Source: a virus. From it: a stretch of DNA of 64,000 bases. Each line of letters begins with the position of its first letter. Positions within the stretch are counted from its first letter, which is position 1. Positions 17,477 through 27,323 of the stretch are shown in pieces. Made by a program: the position numbers and the translations under genes. The notes under the pieces were generated by a model, which was not told the DNA's origin, ran no database searches, and saw only the letters and a list, made by a program, of their open reading frames with translations. The stretch spans positions 1-64,000 of IMG/VR virus record IMGVR_UViG_3300010883_000017; one strand, given 5' to 3'.

Positions 17477-18279
17477 TGGCAACACTGTTATTGGGCCCCC
17501 GCGTCCCAAACGTGGCGGCCACGTGGCGTAGCGGTATGAGGGAAGTTTTGCCCCTTCCTTGCTCAAATTTTCGTGAGTCTGCGCGTGCGCTAGCTCAGGA
17601 TGATCTTCTTCGCGCGTGTTACCTTATTGAGAAAGTGTGGGAGTTCGACGAGATATACCGGGGTGACTACTGGCCACCCAGGTCGGAGCGTGTGGATATT
17701 CCGGAAGCTATTTTTGCAGCCACAGCAGTCGACCGGTATCCGGCGAACATATCGCTTATTTGTTGGTGGTCTTTGTGGCGAGATTTTCCAGTCGCGCTTG
17801 CCCTATACGAACACGAGCTGCTGATGACGGTAAAAGCCCACAACCAGCCCGGCCAGACGGGTATTCAAGGCAGGTACTTTCGAGATCTATCAACAGCCGT
17901 TTATCGGTGCGGTAGGCGTCTTCGCGAAGCTGACGTACCTCCTGCGTCTAAATTAGCGCGAAAGATTATAAAGGAGGTTGAATGGCTGGGGGACGAGCGG
18001 CTTCACTCGTGTCACCGGAGCTACCTTACGCATTCTAATCGTAAGTGGTATGGCCAGTACGGCTGGCGAGATCCTAATATCAAGCTGCGGGTTGACCAAA
18101 CGGTTAAACGGACGACCTTGTTTGATCACGTCGGTGTGGCAATGTGCCAGACCGACTACGGGCTGCCGATGTTTGCGTATGAGTTTTGGTTTCCGGATAG
18201 CGTTGTTGAATTTGCTGAATGCGTTCGGTACGAGCATCCGGGTTTGCTGCGCGCAGGCGGACTAGCGGTGCCCGTCTAA
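17476..18279 (+). CDS. MSMEG_6728 / pyrimidine-dimer glycosylase-like protein, divergent
   Basis: LP...F.ESARAL and WLGDERLHSCHRSYL...Y..YGW. Confidence 0.5.
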   Translation: MATLLLGPRVPNVAATWRSGMREVLPLPCSNFRESARALAQDDLLRACYLIEKVWEFDEIYRGDYWPPRSERVDIPEAIFAATAVDRYPANISLICWWSLWRDFPVALALYEHELLMTVKAHNQPGQTGIQGRYFRDLSTAVYRCGRRLREADVPPASKLARKIIKEVEWLGDERLHSCHRSYLTHSNRKWYGQYGWRDPNIKLRVDQTVKRTTLFDHVGVAMCQTDYGLPMFAYEFWFPDSVVEFAECVRYEHPGLLRAGGLAVPV

Positions 18280-18523
18280 TGGCTTGGAAACCTACCAAAT
18301 TTGATATCATATGGTCAGAAAATCTGATCAGAGTTATGAAGCAGGACGGTATCTGGTCGACTAAAGATGGCAGGTCTACTTACAAATTCGACCATAAGAA
18401 TAAGACTCTTGTTACAGTGCTGAACCATAACCCGGAGTTACACGAACGAATCCGGATCATATTTTCAAAGCTAGGCTGGTCTGTGGATGACAGTGCCCCG
18501 ACGCTTGACCCGGAGAGAAATTA

Positions 18524-18781
18524 ATGGCAAAAAAGCGGCAACGAAAGAAGAAGATACATGTGAATATGCATATTATTAGGAAGAATACTAAGGAGGGCAC
18601 GGCGGAACCGCCGATTACCGTTAAATGTGGTAGGGAAAACCACTACTGTAGCGAAGCCGAGATTCTTGGTATTTCCAAGTTGGTATACTCTCCGCATAGT
18701 CCGCTACTGAGTTGCGGGGCGCGGCTGGTTTTGGAAACCAAGGCATCTGTTGTTATGGATAACACAAAGGTTGTTGAGTGA
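18524..18781 (+). CDS. conserved phage hypothetical protein
   Basis: IHVN.H.IR.N.K.G..EPPITVK...VYSP..PL..CGAR..LET. Confidence 0.7.
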   Translation: MAKKRQRKKKIHVNMHIIRKNTKEGTAEPPITVKCGRENHYCSEAEILGISKLVYSPHSPLLSCGARLVLETKASVVMDNTKVVE

Positions 18782-19146
18782 ATAGAAATGACGATATTCC
18801 GGGCGCCAACTACGTAGAGAAGGGTTGGGGCCACGAGAAGTGGATTGTGAATACCCCTGAGTATTGCGGGAAGATTCTTCATGTGAAAAAGGGGAAGCGT
18901 TGTTCATGGCACTATCACCGGCTTAAAGACGAGACGTTTTATGTCCAGTCTGGGCGCGTGATGGTGTTCATCGGTGAGGGCAACAACGAGGAACAGGCTG
19001 AGATGCTCGTACTAGAGCCCAGCGACTCGTTGCATATCCCGCCAGACACGCGGCACTTCTTCTTCGCACTCAGCGATGTGGACATCTTTGAATTCAGCAC
19101 GCATCATGAGGACAACGATTCGATTCGCATTACTAAAGGAGATTGA
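18778..19146 (+). CDS. cupin, sugar-phosphate isomerase-like
   Basis: VEKGWGHE, CSWHYH..KDETFYV, HIPP..RH.F, EFST. Confidence 0.85.
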   Translation: MNRNDDIPGANYVEKGWGHEKWIVNTPEYCGKILHVKKGKRCSWHYHRLKDETFYVQSGRVMVFIGEGNNEEQAEMLVLEPSDSLHIPPDTRHFFFALSDVDIFEFSTHHEDNDSIRITKGD

Positions 19147-19149
19147 GCT

Positions 19150-19524
19150 GTGGTTAACCGCGAGCCCACTATTTACGTAGCAGGGCCTATGCGCGGCCAT
19201 GCGGACTTCAATCATCCAGCTTTTGATCGCCAGTCTAAGGTGTTGCATAGCCAGGGCTGGGTAGTGATCAACCCTGCTGATATGGATAGGAGCGTCCCCG
19301 GGGCTTTCGCCGTGGGCCTGGATGATCCCGAGTTCTTACGGGACGCGTTACGCCGTGACATCATAGAGATCTGTAACAAGTGCACGGCAATCTACATGAT
19401 GAGTGGCTGGGAAAGCAGCAGGGGCGCCAAGGCCGAGTGGGCGATTGCCAAAGCCCTGGGCCTGGATATTTACTACGAGGCACCACTACCACGAGTGAGA
19501 ACTGAAGTTGGTCCCAAGCAGTAA
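19150..19524 (+). CDS. DUF4406 / nucleoside 2-deoxyribosyltransferase-like protein
   Basis: IYVAGPMRG..DFN.PAF, VINPA, IYM.SGWE.S.GA.AE...A..LGL. Confidence 0.85.
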   Translation: MVNREPTIYVAGPMRGHADFNHPAFDRQSKVLHSQGWVVINPADMDRSVPGAFAVGLDDPEFLRDALRRDIIEICNKCTAIYMMSGWESSRGAKAEWAIAKALGLDIYYEAPLPRVRTEVGPKQ

Positions 19525-19536
19525 AGGAGTACTGCG

Positions 19537-19749
19537 ATGGCGAAGAAGAAGAAGAGGAAAGCGCAGGTTGAGACGCGGACGCATTACGCTACGCGTGCAC
19601 TTTCAGATAATAAAGAGCGAGTTTGTTTACGGTGTAGCAGACTTTTTAAATCTCTGGGACCGGGTAATCGGGTGTGCCAAGCGTGCACAACTGCTAATAA
19701 GACTGTGCAGATAACACAACGTTATACGCATATGCATGAAGAGGAGTAA
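19537..19749 (+). CDS. small zinc-ribbon protein
   Basis: CLRC...F.S.G.GNR.C..C. Confidence 0.65.
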   Translation: MAKKKKRKAQVETRTHYATRALSDNKERVCLRCSRLFKSLGPGNRVCQACTTANKTVQITQRYTHMHEEE

Positions 19750-19932
19750 GACAATGCGATGGGCGGAAGACGACGAGCGCGTGCGTGATGAGGTTGAGTC
19801 CACTGTTGATGAGCTTATCGACGCCGGATTTGCTGAATCGTTTCTTGGTGAAGATGGGGACGTCAGGTTCCGACTTACTCCTGCGGGAAGAGAGCAGGCT
19901 AGGGATATTATAGGGAAAACGGAGGAAGATGA

Positions 19933-20706
19933 GTGATTAATTGGTCAGACTGGGTGGCGCGGGAGTATAACGTGTATCCCATGGTCACTGGCCAGAAGAC
20001 GCGTTGGATCGAAGCTCCCAGCGAGGAACTTAAAGAGATACAGCGTTTGCTGCTGGATACCTTGTTATACAAGCTTGAACCGACAGAGTATGCGCATGGG
20101 TTTGTACCCGGCCGCTCGATCGTTACTAACGCCAGCTGTCATGTTGGCAAGAAGTGGGTACTTACAGCGGATATCAAGAACTTCTTTCCCTCGGTGACGA
20201 AAGCCCAGGTTATTGATGTGCTTGCGCCGTTGGAGCTCGCGCCGGAGCGCCAGGCTATCATCGTGGAGCTAGCGACTCTGCGCGGGCATCTACCGCAAGG
20301 AGCCCCGACCAGCCCGCATTTGGCTAACCTGGTTGCAGGGTGGTTGGACATTAGATTGGCAGCAATGTGTCGCCGTGACGTTATTACGTATACGCGATAC
20401 GCTGATGATTTAGCTTTTTCTGGTTATGAGGGTAGCCCACATTGGATGCTATCCGTTATTGAGCGCACAGTTGCTGAATGCGGCTTTCAGCTGGCTCGTG
20501 ATAAAACTCATATCATGACTGCTAACCAGCGACAGATGGTTACTGGGTTAGTTGTTAATGAAAAGGTAGCGCTACCTAAAGGTAAGCGGCGTATACTACG
20601 TGCTATGTTGCACAGGTTGCATTGCAGCGAGGTCGTTGACCTGGAGCAGCTTAAGAAAGTACAGGGCCATGTGGCAATGGCGAGATTGGTTGAAACAGGG
20701 GGATGA
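19933..20706 (+). CDS. retron-type reverse transcriptase
   Basis: R.IEAP..ELK.IQR, AHGF..GRSIVTNASCH (retron NAxxH), DIKNFFPS, LPQGAPTSP.LANL, YTRYADD, VTGLVVN (retron VTG). Confidence 0.92.
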   Translation: MINWSDWVAREYNVYPMVTGQKTRWIEAPSEELKEIQRLLLDTLLYKLEPTEYAHGFVPGRSIVTNASCHVGKKWVLTADIKNFFPSVTKAQVIDVLAPLELAPERQAIIVELATLRGHLPQGAPTSPHLANLVAGWLDIRLAAMCRRDVITYTRYADDLAFSGYEGSPHWMLSVIERTVAECGFQLARDKTHIMTANQRQMVTGLVVNEKVALPKGKRRILRAMLHRLHCSEVVDLEQLKKVQGHVAMARLVETGG

Positions 20707-20709
20707 GTA

Positions 20710-21072
20710 ATGGCTAAAGTAAACAAGCTGAAGGGAATGAAGCTGTATAACTATTTGTGCACGATCGATCGCGTAATTGATGGCGATACCGTGGACGTGA
20801 TTGTTGACATGGGCTTTTACTTGAAGCAGACGGTTCGTATTCGTTTATTGAATGTGAACACTCCTGAGCGAGGCGAAGATGAGTGGAGCATTGCTACGGA
20901 GGCGCTTAAGGATTTGATTAAACAAGGGGAAAAAGTTGATAAGAATTTTTGGCTTAGTACCCACAAAACCGGTAAATTTGGTAGATGGTTGGGGATGTTG
21001 GTTTCTTATGATAAAGAGATCGCTATTAACCTAACCATGGCTGACCGCTGGCCCTCGAAGTGGGGAGAGTGA
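20710..21072 (+). CDS. thermonuclease (SNase-like) protein
   Basis: RVIDGDTVD..VDMGF, RIRL..VNTPE, GKFGRWLG. Confidence 0.85.
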   Translation: MAKVNKLKGMKLYNYLCTIDRVIDGDTVDVIVDMGFYLKQTVRIRLLNVNTPERGEDEWSIATEALKDLIKQGEKVDKNFWLSTHKTGKFGRWLGMLVSYDKEIAINLTMADRWPSKWGE

Positions 21073-21230
21073 GGAGTACACGTGATGTGTGATCAGGAAG
21101 AGCACAATCAGAAAGATGATGCGCAAAGCAGTTGTTCTGCTGATACCGGCTGGCAAATACAGGAAGAAGTAATTAGATGGATGACAGAGGGGACAGATCC
21201 TCACATGTCACCAAGATCGGATTGTGGATA

Positions 21231-21803
21231 GTGATTGACCTTGTGCTTATAGATATGGATGGAGTGCTGGCGGACTTCGCACGGCACGCGCTAGCCAAGT
21301 TTGATCGGCTGGACGTTTATGACAACTGGCCTGCGGGCAAGTACGAAATTGACGAGATCGTAGGGATTCCGCAGGATGAGTTCTGGGCAGAGCTCGATAA
21401 AGAAGGGCCGGAATTCTGGTCTAGTTTGCCGGTGTTGCCGTGGGCCGCTGAGTTATGCTCACTGGCGCGTGAGAAGGTTGGTAATTTCCACATCTCTACG
21501 TCGCCAAGTCGGGCTCCCGCATCCAGCATGGGCAAGGTACACTGGTTGCAGCAGTTCTTTGATCCGCGCTTTCGTCGGTACATGTTGGGCAGCCACAAGC
21601 ATTTGATGGCGAAGCCTGGCGTGGTTTTGATTGACGACAGCGATGCAAAGTGTGAAAAGTTCATTGAGGCAGGCGGTGGCGCTATTTTGTTTCCGCAGCC
21701 GTGGAACAGTAACTACGATCAAATCGATGCCCGGAAACCGTACGGTAGCCGCCTGGCTTTCGTAGAAAACCAGCTCGACGAGATCAGTAATCGAGGGCAC
21801 TGA
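21231..21803 (+). CDS. 5'(3')-deoxyribonucleotidase, HAD superfamily
   Basis: LIDMDGVLADF, FW..LP..PW, GK..WL, LIDDS. Confidence 0.85.
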   Translation: MIDLVLIDMDGVLADFARHALAKFDRLDVYDNWPAGKYEIDEIVGIPQDEFWAELDKEGPEFWSSLPVLPWAAELCSLAREKVGNFHISTSPSRAPASSMGKVHWLQQFFDPRFRRYMLGSHKHLMAKPGVVLIDDSDAKCEKFIEAGGGAILFPQPWNSNYDQIDARKPYGSRLAFVENQLDEISNRGH

Positions 21804-21805
21804 CT

Positions 21806-22738
21806 ATGCGTAAGGGCATTATCTTGGCAGGTGGTCGTGGCACACGGTTGTTTCCCGCAACGATTGCGGTAAGCAAGCAACTGCTGCCCATCTACGATAA
21901 GCCCATGGTTTACTACCCGCTTACGACGCTCATGCTTAGCGGCATTAAAGACGTGCTCATTATTACGACACCTCGTGATCGGGATTCGTATTGGAGTGTG
22001 TTGTCAGATGGCGCCGACTGGGGCATCAATATTGAGTACCGGATACAGGATGCACCGCGCGGTATTGCTGAGGCGTTCATAATCGCTGAAGAGTGGTTGG
22101 ATGGTGCGTCGTGTAGCTTGATCCTGGGAGACAATATTTTCTACGGAGATAAGCTGGCAGATAGATTGCGCACGGTTAGCGAATTGCAGGGGAGCACTAT
22201 ATTTGCGTACAGGGTTCCCGACCCACGTGAATACGGAGTAGTTGAGTGCGACGAAGCCGGTACGGTAATCTCTATTGAGGAGAAACCAACGGAGCCTAAA
22301 TCTAATTACGCTGTAACAGGGTTGTATTTTTACGGGCCGGACGTTGTTGATGTTGCAAAAAGTGTAGCGGCGTCGAAGCGCGGAGAATTAGAAATTACGG
22401 ATGTGAATCGCGTCTATATGGAGCGCGGGGAGCTTAACGTAGTTAACCTGGGACGGGGCACCGCCTGGTTTGATACCGGCGCACACGATGCGATGCTTAC
22501 TGCATCTACGTTTGTTCAACTAATGCAGCAGCAACAAGGAACTTTGATTGGATGCCCGGAAGAAGTTGCGTGGAGGATGGGTTGGATCACGGATGAAGCG
22601 CTGCTTAAATTATCTCGGGTGTATAGCGCGAGTGGTTACGGTGCTTATTTAGCAGCATTATTGGAAGATGAAGCAGGGCCGTCCTCGGGGCCGTTAGCGG
22701 ATCTTGTTGTTGGGTCGGCACGAGGCCGTGCGTCGTGA
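21806..22738 (+). CDS. rmlA: glucose-1-phosphate thymidylyltransferase
   Basis: KGIILAGG.GTRL.PAT...SKQLLPIYDKPMVYYPL, LILGDNIFYG, EEKP, RGELEITD, LGRG.AWFDTG. Confidence 0.96.
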   Translation: MRKGIILAGGRGTRLFPATIAVSKQLLPIYDKPMVYYPLTTLMLSGIKDVLIITTPRDRDSYWSVLSDGADWGINIEYRIQDAPRGIAEAFIIAEEWLDGASCSLILGDNIFYGDKLADRLRTVSELQGSTIFAYRVPDPREYGVVECDEAGTVISIEEKPTEPKSNYAVTGLYFYGPDVVDVAKSVAASKRGELEITDVNRVYMERGELNVVNLGRGTAWFDTGAHDAMLTASTFVQLMQQQQGTLIGCPEEVAWRMGWITDEALLKLSRVYSASGYGAYLAALLEDEAGPSSGPLADLVVGSARGRAS

Positions 22739-23068
22739 GTGCGGTGGGTGTCCTCCTACTTGCTGTGGTCCCCGGATCACGGTAAGTGACCGAGTACCTC
22801 CTTTCCTCGGATAAACTAGGTACGGTCACCGTCCTAGTTTTCGCGTTATAATGCCAGGCGCGTCCCTAACCACGACGGCATTTATTTTAAACTCCAGGGA
22901 GGGGGATTCGATGGGCGTTATCGCGCTAGTATTCGGGATTCTGCTGTATCTCGTTGTAGCTTACGATTTTTATAGCAAAAAGAATTACTCGTTAATGATA
23001 GTATTTATTTGCTATGCGTTAGCGAACATTGGATTTATCATGGCTGCACTTAAGAGCGGAAAGGATTT

Positions 23069-23344
23069 ATGATGAGATATTTTAAAGGTCGAGGAGCAAA
23101 AGATACAAAGATTCTTAATGCGTATCTTGATATACGTCATAAAATGAAAGAAGCGGAGAAGTTGCTGGTTGAGCTGATCGAGCACCCTGGGTTCGATGAT
23201 GCACTGGCAGCTGGGCCGGGGTTTAAAGCAGTACGCGAAGCGGCGCAGGACCGCCGGGCTAAGGTAGCTAAACTAGAGCTTGTGTTAGCTAAGCTCGGGT
23301 TATCGGACATGGGGTTTAAGTATGTCGACGGAGATAAAAAATGA
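23069..23344 (+). CDS. hypothetical coiled-coil protein
   Basis: AAGGA RBS, ATGA overlap. Confidence 0.55.
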   Translation: MMRYFKGRGAKDTKILNAYLDIRHKMKEAEKLLVELIEHPGFDDALAAGPGFKAVREAAQDRRAKVAKLELVLAKLGLSDMGFKYVDGDKK

Positions 23345-23963
23345 CGAATTTTTCTGCACACAATGTGCTGGGTGCTGCCACAAGAAGAACCTAAGGCAGT
23401 ATAATCTTGAGCATTGGAACATTACGATCGGCGAGGATGGCTATTGTTCCCACCTTAAGGACAAAGTGTGCACGATCTATGAAGATCGTCCTCTGATCTG
23501 TCGTGTCGGTGAGTTGTACGATAGGGTCGACGAGATTAGAGATATTGAACCGCAGCTGGTCGCCCTTATTGATAAGGTGAAGAGCATGGTTCCTGATAAC
23601 CCTAAGTTGGAGTACTTTAAGGTTGCTAATATGGGGTGCAACTACCTGATTAAAAGGTTGCACCTTGGATCTGCGTATTTTATTAATGTAGATAAAGTTT
23701 ACACGGAGGTTGATAAGAAGCCCGCGATGATCGATAAACCAAAGCGCGAGACAAAAAAAGAGGACCGTATCGATAAGAAAAAGAGTAAGCGGGATTATAG
23801 GATTGAGAAGATAAAGGCTGTTACGGCTAAGGCGCTTGCAGTTGCAAAGAAACGTAAGTGGCTCGTTTTTCTCATTGGTATTGGGATTGCTGCTTACTTC
23901 GTTATGTCTAGCGGTAATTTCAGCGGTGTGCTTGAAACGATAAAAGGCTTATTCGGGAGCTAA
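23322..23963 (+). CDS. YkgJ-family CxxCxxCC Fe-S/Zn protein with C-terminal membrane anchor
   Basis: CTQCAGCC...C.HL...CTIYEDRPLICR; C-terminal hydrophobic helix. Confidence 0.75.
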   Translation: MSTEIKNDEFFCTQCAGCCHKKNLRQYNLEHWNITIGEDGYCSHLKDKVCTIYEDRPLICRVGELYDRVDEIRDIEPQLVALIDKVKSMVPDNPKLEYFKVANMGCNYLIKRLHLGSAYFINVDKVYTEVDKKPAMIDKPKRETKKEDRIDKKKSKRDYRIEKIKAVTAKALAVAKKRKWLVFLIGIGIAAYFVMSSGNFSGVLETIKGLFGS

Positions 23964-23974
23964 CTTGATGACTT

Positions 23975-25282
23975 ATGCGTGATTGGGAAAAACTGCACGC
24001 CGAGGCCAAGGTTTTTGATTTGCATGTGCACCCAGGGTTGAAAGCATCCCTATTCAGTAAAGACCTGGCGAAGAGCCGCTTACCTATACTCAAGATGTTT
24101 TCTAAGTCTACGTGGCCAATGACCACCCGCTCTGACTTTCCTAAGATGGAGGCCGGAGGGCTTGATGCGGCTTTTGAAACCACGTACGCGACAGAGCAAG
24201 GGTGGCTTGATGATCTTCCAATTCTTAAGTGGGTGAAGTGGATCAAGCCGTCCGTTTGGCGGCAGTTCTTTGTGCCCACGTATTTCGACACCACCATGGC
24301 CACCATGGACCTGGTGGAAGAGCAGGCGCAGAGTTACACAAATACGAACTTTAATGCGTCGCACCACGCGTACGCGAAGTACCGGCGTCCTGTCAGATTT
24401 GCTACGGGCGTTTCTGAGCTTAAAGAGTTGCTTAGCACAGACGCTATTTGTCTTGTTCGCGCCATCGAGGGCGCGCACAGTTTGCAGCATGAGTTTATTG
24501 GCAAAGACCCTATTGATGATGCGCGTTGGGCAGACTCGTCCTGGTTGCAGCAAGCCGAGAACGAACTTCTTACGAGCCTTCAGACATTTTGGGATCGCGG
24601 GGTCGCGTCTCTTACTCTTGCCCACTTTTATCCAAATGCGTGTGTTAACCCGGTATTTCCATACCCGGAGCATGCGTTTAAGTTTGCTAAGAAAAAGCGA
24701 GGGGGCGTAGATTTTCTTGATCGCTGGGATCACAATAAGGGCTTAACGCCCCTTGGTGAAACCATCGTTGAGAAAATGCTTGAGCTGGGGATGCTTATAG
24801 ACGTATGTCATTGCACACCAAGAGCACGTGCGCGTATCTATGAGATTGTCGACCACCACGGCGCTACTTCGTGTGTGCATTGTTCGCACACAGGGGCGCG
24901 GGCCATTAACAACGACCCATACAATCTTTCCGATTGGGAAATTCAGTGGATTGCGAATCACGGCGGTGTTATCGGTATCATCTTTATGAACTACTGGTTG
25001 TCACCGGATGAGTCAAATCTTGGGATGAAGTATATACTCAACACGCTTGAGCATTTACGTCGTATTGGTGGCGAGGATGTTATTGGAATTGGTACTGACT
25101 TTGATGGTTTTACAGATCCTCCGGATGAACTAGAGGATATGTCTAAGCTACCGAGGCTAACCCGGGCGTTGGCAAGCGAATATGCCGGGATTGAGGCAGC
25201 GAGTTATTCTGATGATGTCATCAGAAAATTTTTAGGTGGCAATGCTCTCCGGGTTCTTTTCGAAGGCTGGGGGCGGGCTTAA
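23975..25282 (+). CDS. membrane dipeptidase (peptidase M19, amidohydrolase fold)
   Basis: DLHVH, IEGAH, LTLAHF, GLT.LG...V......GMLIDV.H, SHTG, GTDFDG, KFLGGNALRV. Confidence 0.88.
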   Translation: MRDWEKLHAEAKVFDLHVHPGLKASLFSKDLAKSRLPILKMFSKSTWPMTTRSDFPKMEAGGLDAAFETTYATEQGWLDDLPILKWVKWIKPSVWRQFFVPTYFDTTMATMDLVEEQAQSYTNTNFNASHHAYAKYRRPVRFATGVSELKELLSTDAICLVRAIEGAHSLQHEFIGKDPIDDARWADSSWLQQAENELLTSLQTFWDRGVASLTLAHFYPNACVNPVFPYPEHAFKFAKKKRGGVDFLDRWDHNKGLTPLGETIVEKMLELGMLIDVCHCTPRARARIYEIVDHHGATSCVHCSHTGARAINNDPYNLSDWEIQWIANHGGVIGIIFMNYWLSPDESNLGMKYILNTLEHLRRIGGEDVIGIGTDFDGFTDPPDELEDMSKLPRLTRALASEYAGIEAASYSDDVIRKFLGGNALRVLFEGWGRA

Positions 25283-25303
25283 TGATAAAGAAGGGATTCA
25301 CTA

Positions 25304-26311
25304 ATGAGGATTTTAGTTACTGGAGCCACGGGCTTTATTGGTAGCGCGTTTGTTCGTAGTTTTTGGAATAGACTGGCTGCTGAGGATAGTGTTGCGAGAG
25401 AGCATACGGTTGTGGGCTTTGCGCGCAACACTGTGATGAAGAATCAGCGGCGGTTACCTAGGCCGGCAGGCCCTGGTGAGCTCCCCGGGGAGAGACCAGT
25501 TCCAGATCAATTTGAGTTGATATACGGAGATCTCCTGGGAGATATCTCCGGCATCTGCGAGAAGGTAGACGCTGTTGTTCATTTTGCAGCGAGAACCTTT
25601 GTTGATCACGCGATTAAAGATTCTCAACCGTTTGTTGAGAACAACGTGATCGGTACGCTGCGTCTTCTTGAGGATGCGCGCAGAAATGGTGTGAAACGTT
25701 GGATTCAAATTAGTACTGATGAAGTGTACGGGTCCATACTGGAAGGGGCGTATTCGGAGAACTCTCCGGTTAACCCCACTAATCCGTACTCTGCGAGTAA
25801 GCTAGGTGCGGATGCCCTGGTTATTTCTTACGCACATACCCATGGGATGAACACCAGCGTGATACGGACCGAAAACAATTATGGTCCTTACCAGCACGTT
25901 CAAAAAGCGCTTCCGACGTTTACTAAAGCAGCGCTTAGTGACGAAAAACTTCCCGTGTATGGGGATGGATTACATGTACGGCAGTGGCTCCATGTAGATG
26001 ACCACGTACGTGCAATTTGGATGCTATTACACGCTGAGGTTGAGCCTGGTCAAATTTGGCATGTTGCAGGCTGCCAAGAGCTCACTAATAATGAGCTGGC
26101 CGAGATTATTTTGGGCGCGTGTGATAAGCCTGTGGACAGGATCAAATATATTGACGACCACGATATACGCCCGGGGCACGATCGCCGTTACGCGCTTGTG
26201 TGTGACAAGATGAAGAACGAGATCGGGTGGGAGCCTGAGATCGGACTTCAAGAGGGTCTTCGTGATACCGTTCATTGGTATCGGGATAATCGTTGGTGGT
26301 TAGACTGGTAG
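25304..26311 (+). CDS. rmlB: dTDP-glucose 4,6-dehydratase
   Basis: VTGATGFIGS, VHFAA..FVD, ISTDEVYGS, PYSASK, NNYGPYQ, RPGHDRRYA. Confidence 0.94.
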   Translation: MRILVTGATGFIGSAFVRSFWNRLAAEDSVAREHTVVGFARNTVMKNQRRLPRPAGPGELPGERPVPDQFELIYGDLLGDISGICEKVDAVVHFAARTFVDHAIKDSQPFVENNVIGTLRLLEDARRNGVKRWIQISTDEVYGSILEGAYSENSPVNPTNPYSASKLGADALVISYAHTHGMNTSVIRTENNYGPYQHVQKALPTFTKAALSDEKLPVYGDGLHVRQWLHVDDHVRAIWMLLHAEVEPGQIWHVAGCQELTNNELAEIILGACDKPVDRIKYIDDHDIRPGHDRRYALVCDKMKNEIGWEPEIGLQEGLRDTVHWYRDNRWWLDW

Positions 26312-26318
26312 AAAGAGT

Positions 26319-27323
26319 ATGGCTTATGATGCGGAGTTTAGGGCTGAATTTGTTCCGGGGCGGTATCGCGATGTGGTGGCGCGCGAGGCGGTACTGTACC
26401 CGGTAGTTAATTTTGATAGGCGTGGTCGCCATACAGATTCTCGGATTATTTCCGCTACGAAGACGGCGGTCAGTATGTGGCGCGCTCGCGTCCTGGAACT
26501 ACGCGATCATGGGTGGATAACTGCGCAAGGTGCCCGCCTACCGGCCACGCTGGCGTCGACTGGCGGGGGCCCTGTTGATTACATGCGAAATTGCCGCCCT
26601 AATTTCGTTTCTATGTACCCCCGAACGCGCCCCTGTAAGGCTTGGCACGCTTGCCCTTTTTGCTGGGCCCGCATGGTACAGGGCATTTATGACAGGGTAG
26701 ATGCTGCGTTTCCTGACACATCCTTAGTTGTTGATGACGTACCGGGCAGATCCGGCACGTCTACAGATGGCGAGGTTAACTCCGGAGTACTGGCTGCTGG
26801 GGAGCGGAAGCGGCGCTCCATTGTGATGAATATGGACGATGTGCGGGTTGCTGCTGATGGTAAGCGTCGTCGAATGAGTTCGCTTTCTTCGCGCGATTTC
26901 CCGTATCACATGGTTACTGTTTGTATGCGGAGCGCTTACTCCGCGCGGGAGAGTCTTCCTAACTTGGTTGATAGCTTTTGCAATTCCCGAGGACGTATAC
27001 GTGCAATCCCGTTTACGGGGGCGTCGGTCCTTACAACCGTGGAATACAGAACTAATCAGTGGCATTTGTCACATAGGTACTTACTCATGCTTCCGCCGGA
27101 TGTTGACGTGCCGCTGTCATTTTCAGAGGCACCAGGGTATCGCCGACTCGAGCAACCTACTCGGCGATTAGTAATGGAAGCTGTTGCACGAACCTGTAAG
27201 TATCCTCGTGCTTTGTTGGTAGGGGATCCGCAGTATTACGTTAGAATTCTTCATGCGATCAATGGCAGGCGTCTTCGTGCGTTGTACGGCTGCTTTAGAA
27301 ACACGAGGCAATATGGACAATAG
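26319..27323 (+). CDS. hypothetical protein
   Basis: 334-aa ORF in the operon; C.....CPFC motif. Confidence 0.55.
   Translation: MAYDAEFRAEFVPGRYRDVVAREAVLYPVVNFDRRGRHTDSRIISATKTAVSMWRARVLELRDHGWITAQGARLPATLASTGGGPVDYMRNCRPNFVSMYPRTRPCKAWHACPFCWARMVQGIYDRVDAAFPDTSLVVDDVPGRSGTSTDGEVNSGVLAAGERKRRSIVMNMDDVRVAADGKRRRMSSLSSRDFPYHMVTVCMRSAYSARESLPNLVDSFCNSRGRIRAIPFTGASVLTTVEYRTNQWHLSHRYLLMLPPDVDVPLSFSEAPGYRRLEQPTRRLVMEAVARTCKYPRALLVGDPQYYVRILHAINGRRLRALYGCFRNTRQYGQ

Noticed and set aside
19933-20706. DGR or group II intron RT
   Set aside because: It has retron NAxxH/VTG motifs; no maturase domain, Avd gene or TR/VR pair was seen
22686-22915. tmRNA (starts ggggccg...ggat)
   Set aside because: No T-arm or acceptor 3' end with CCA found downstream
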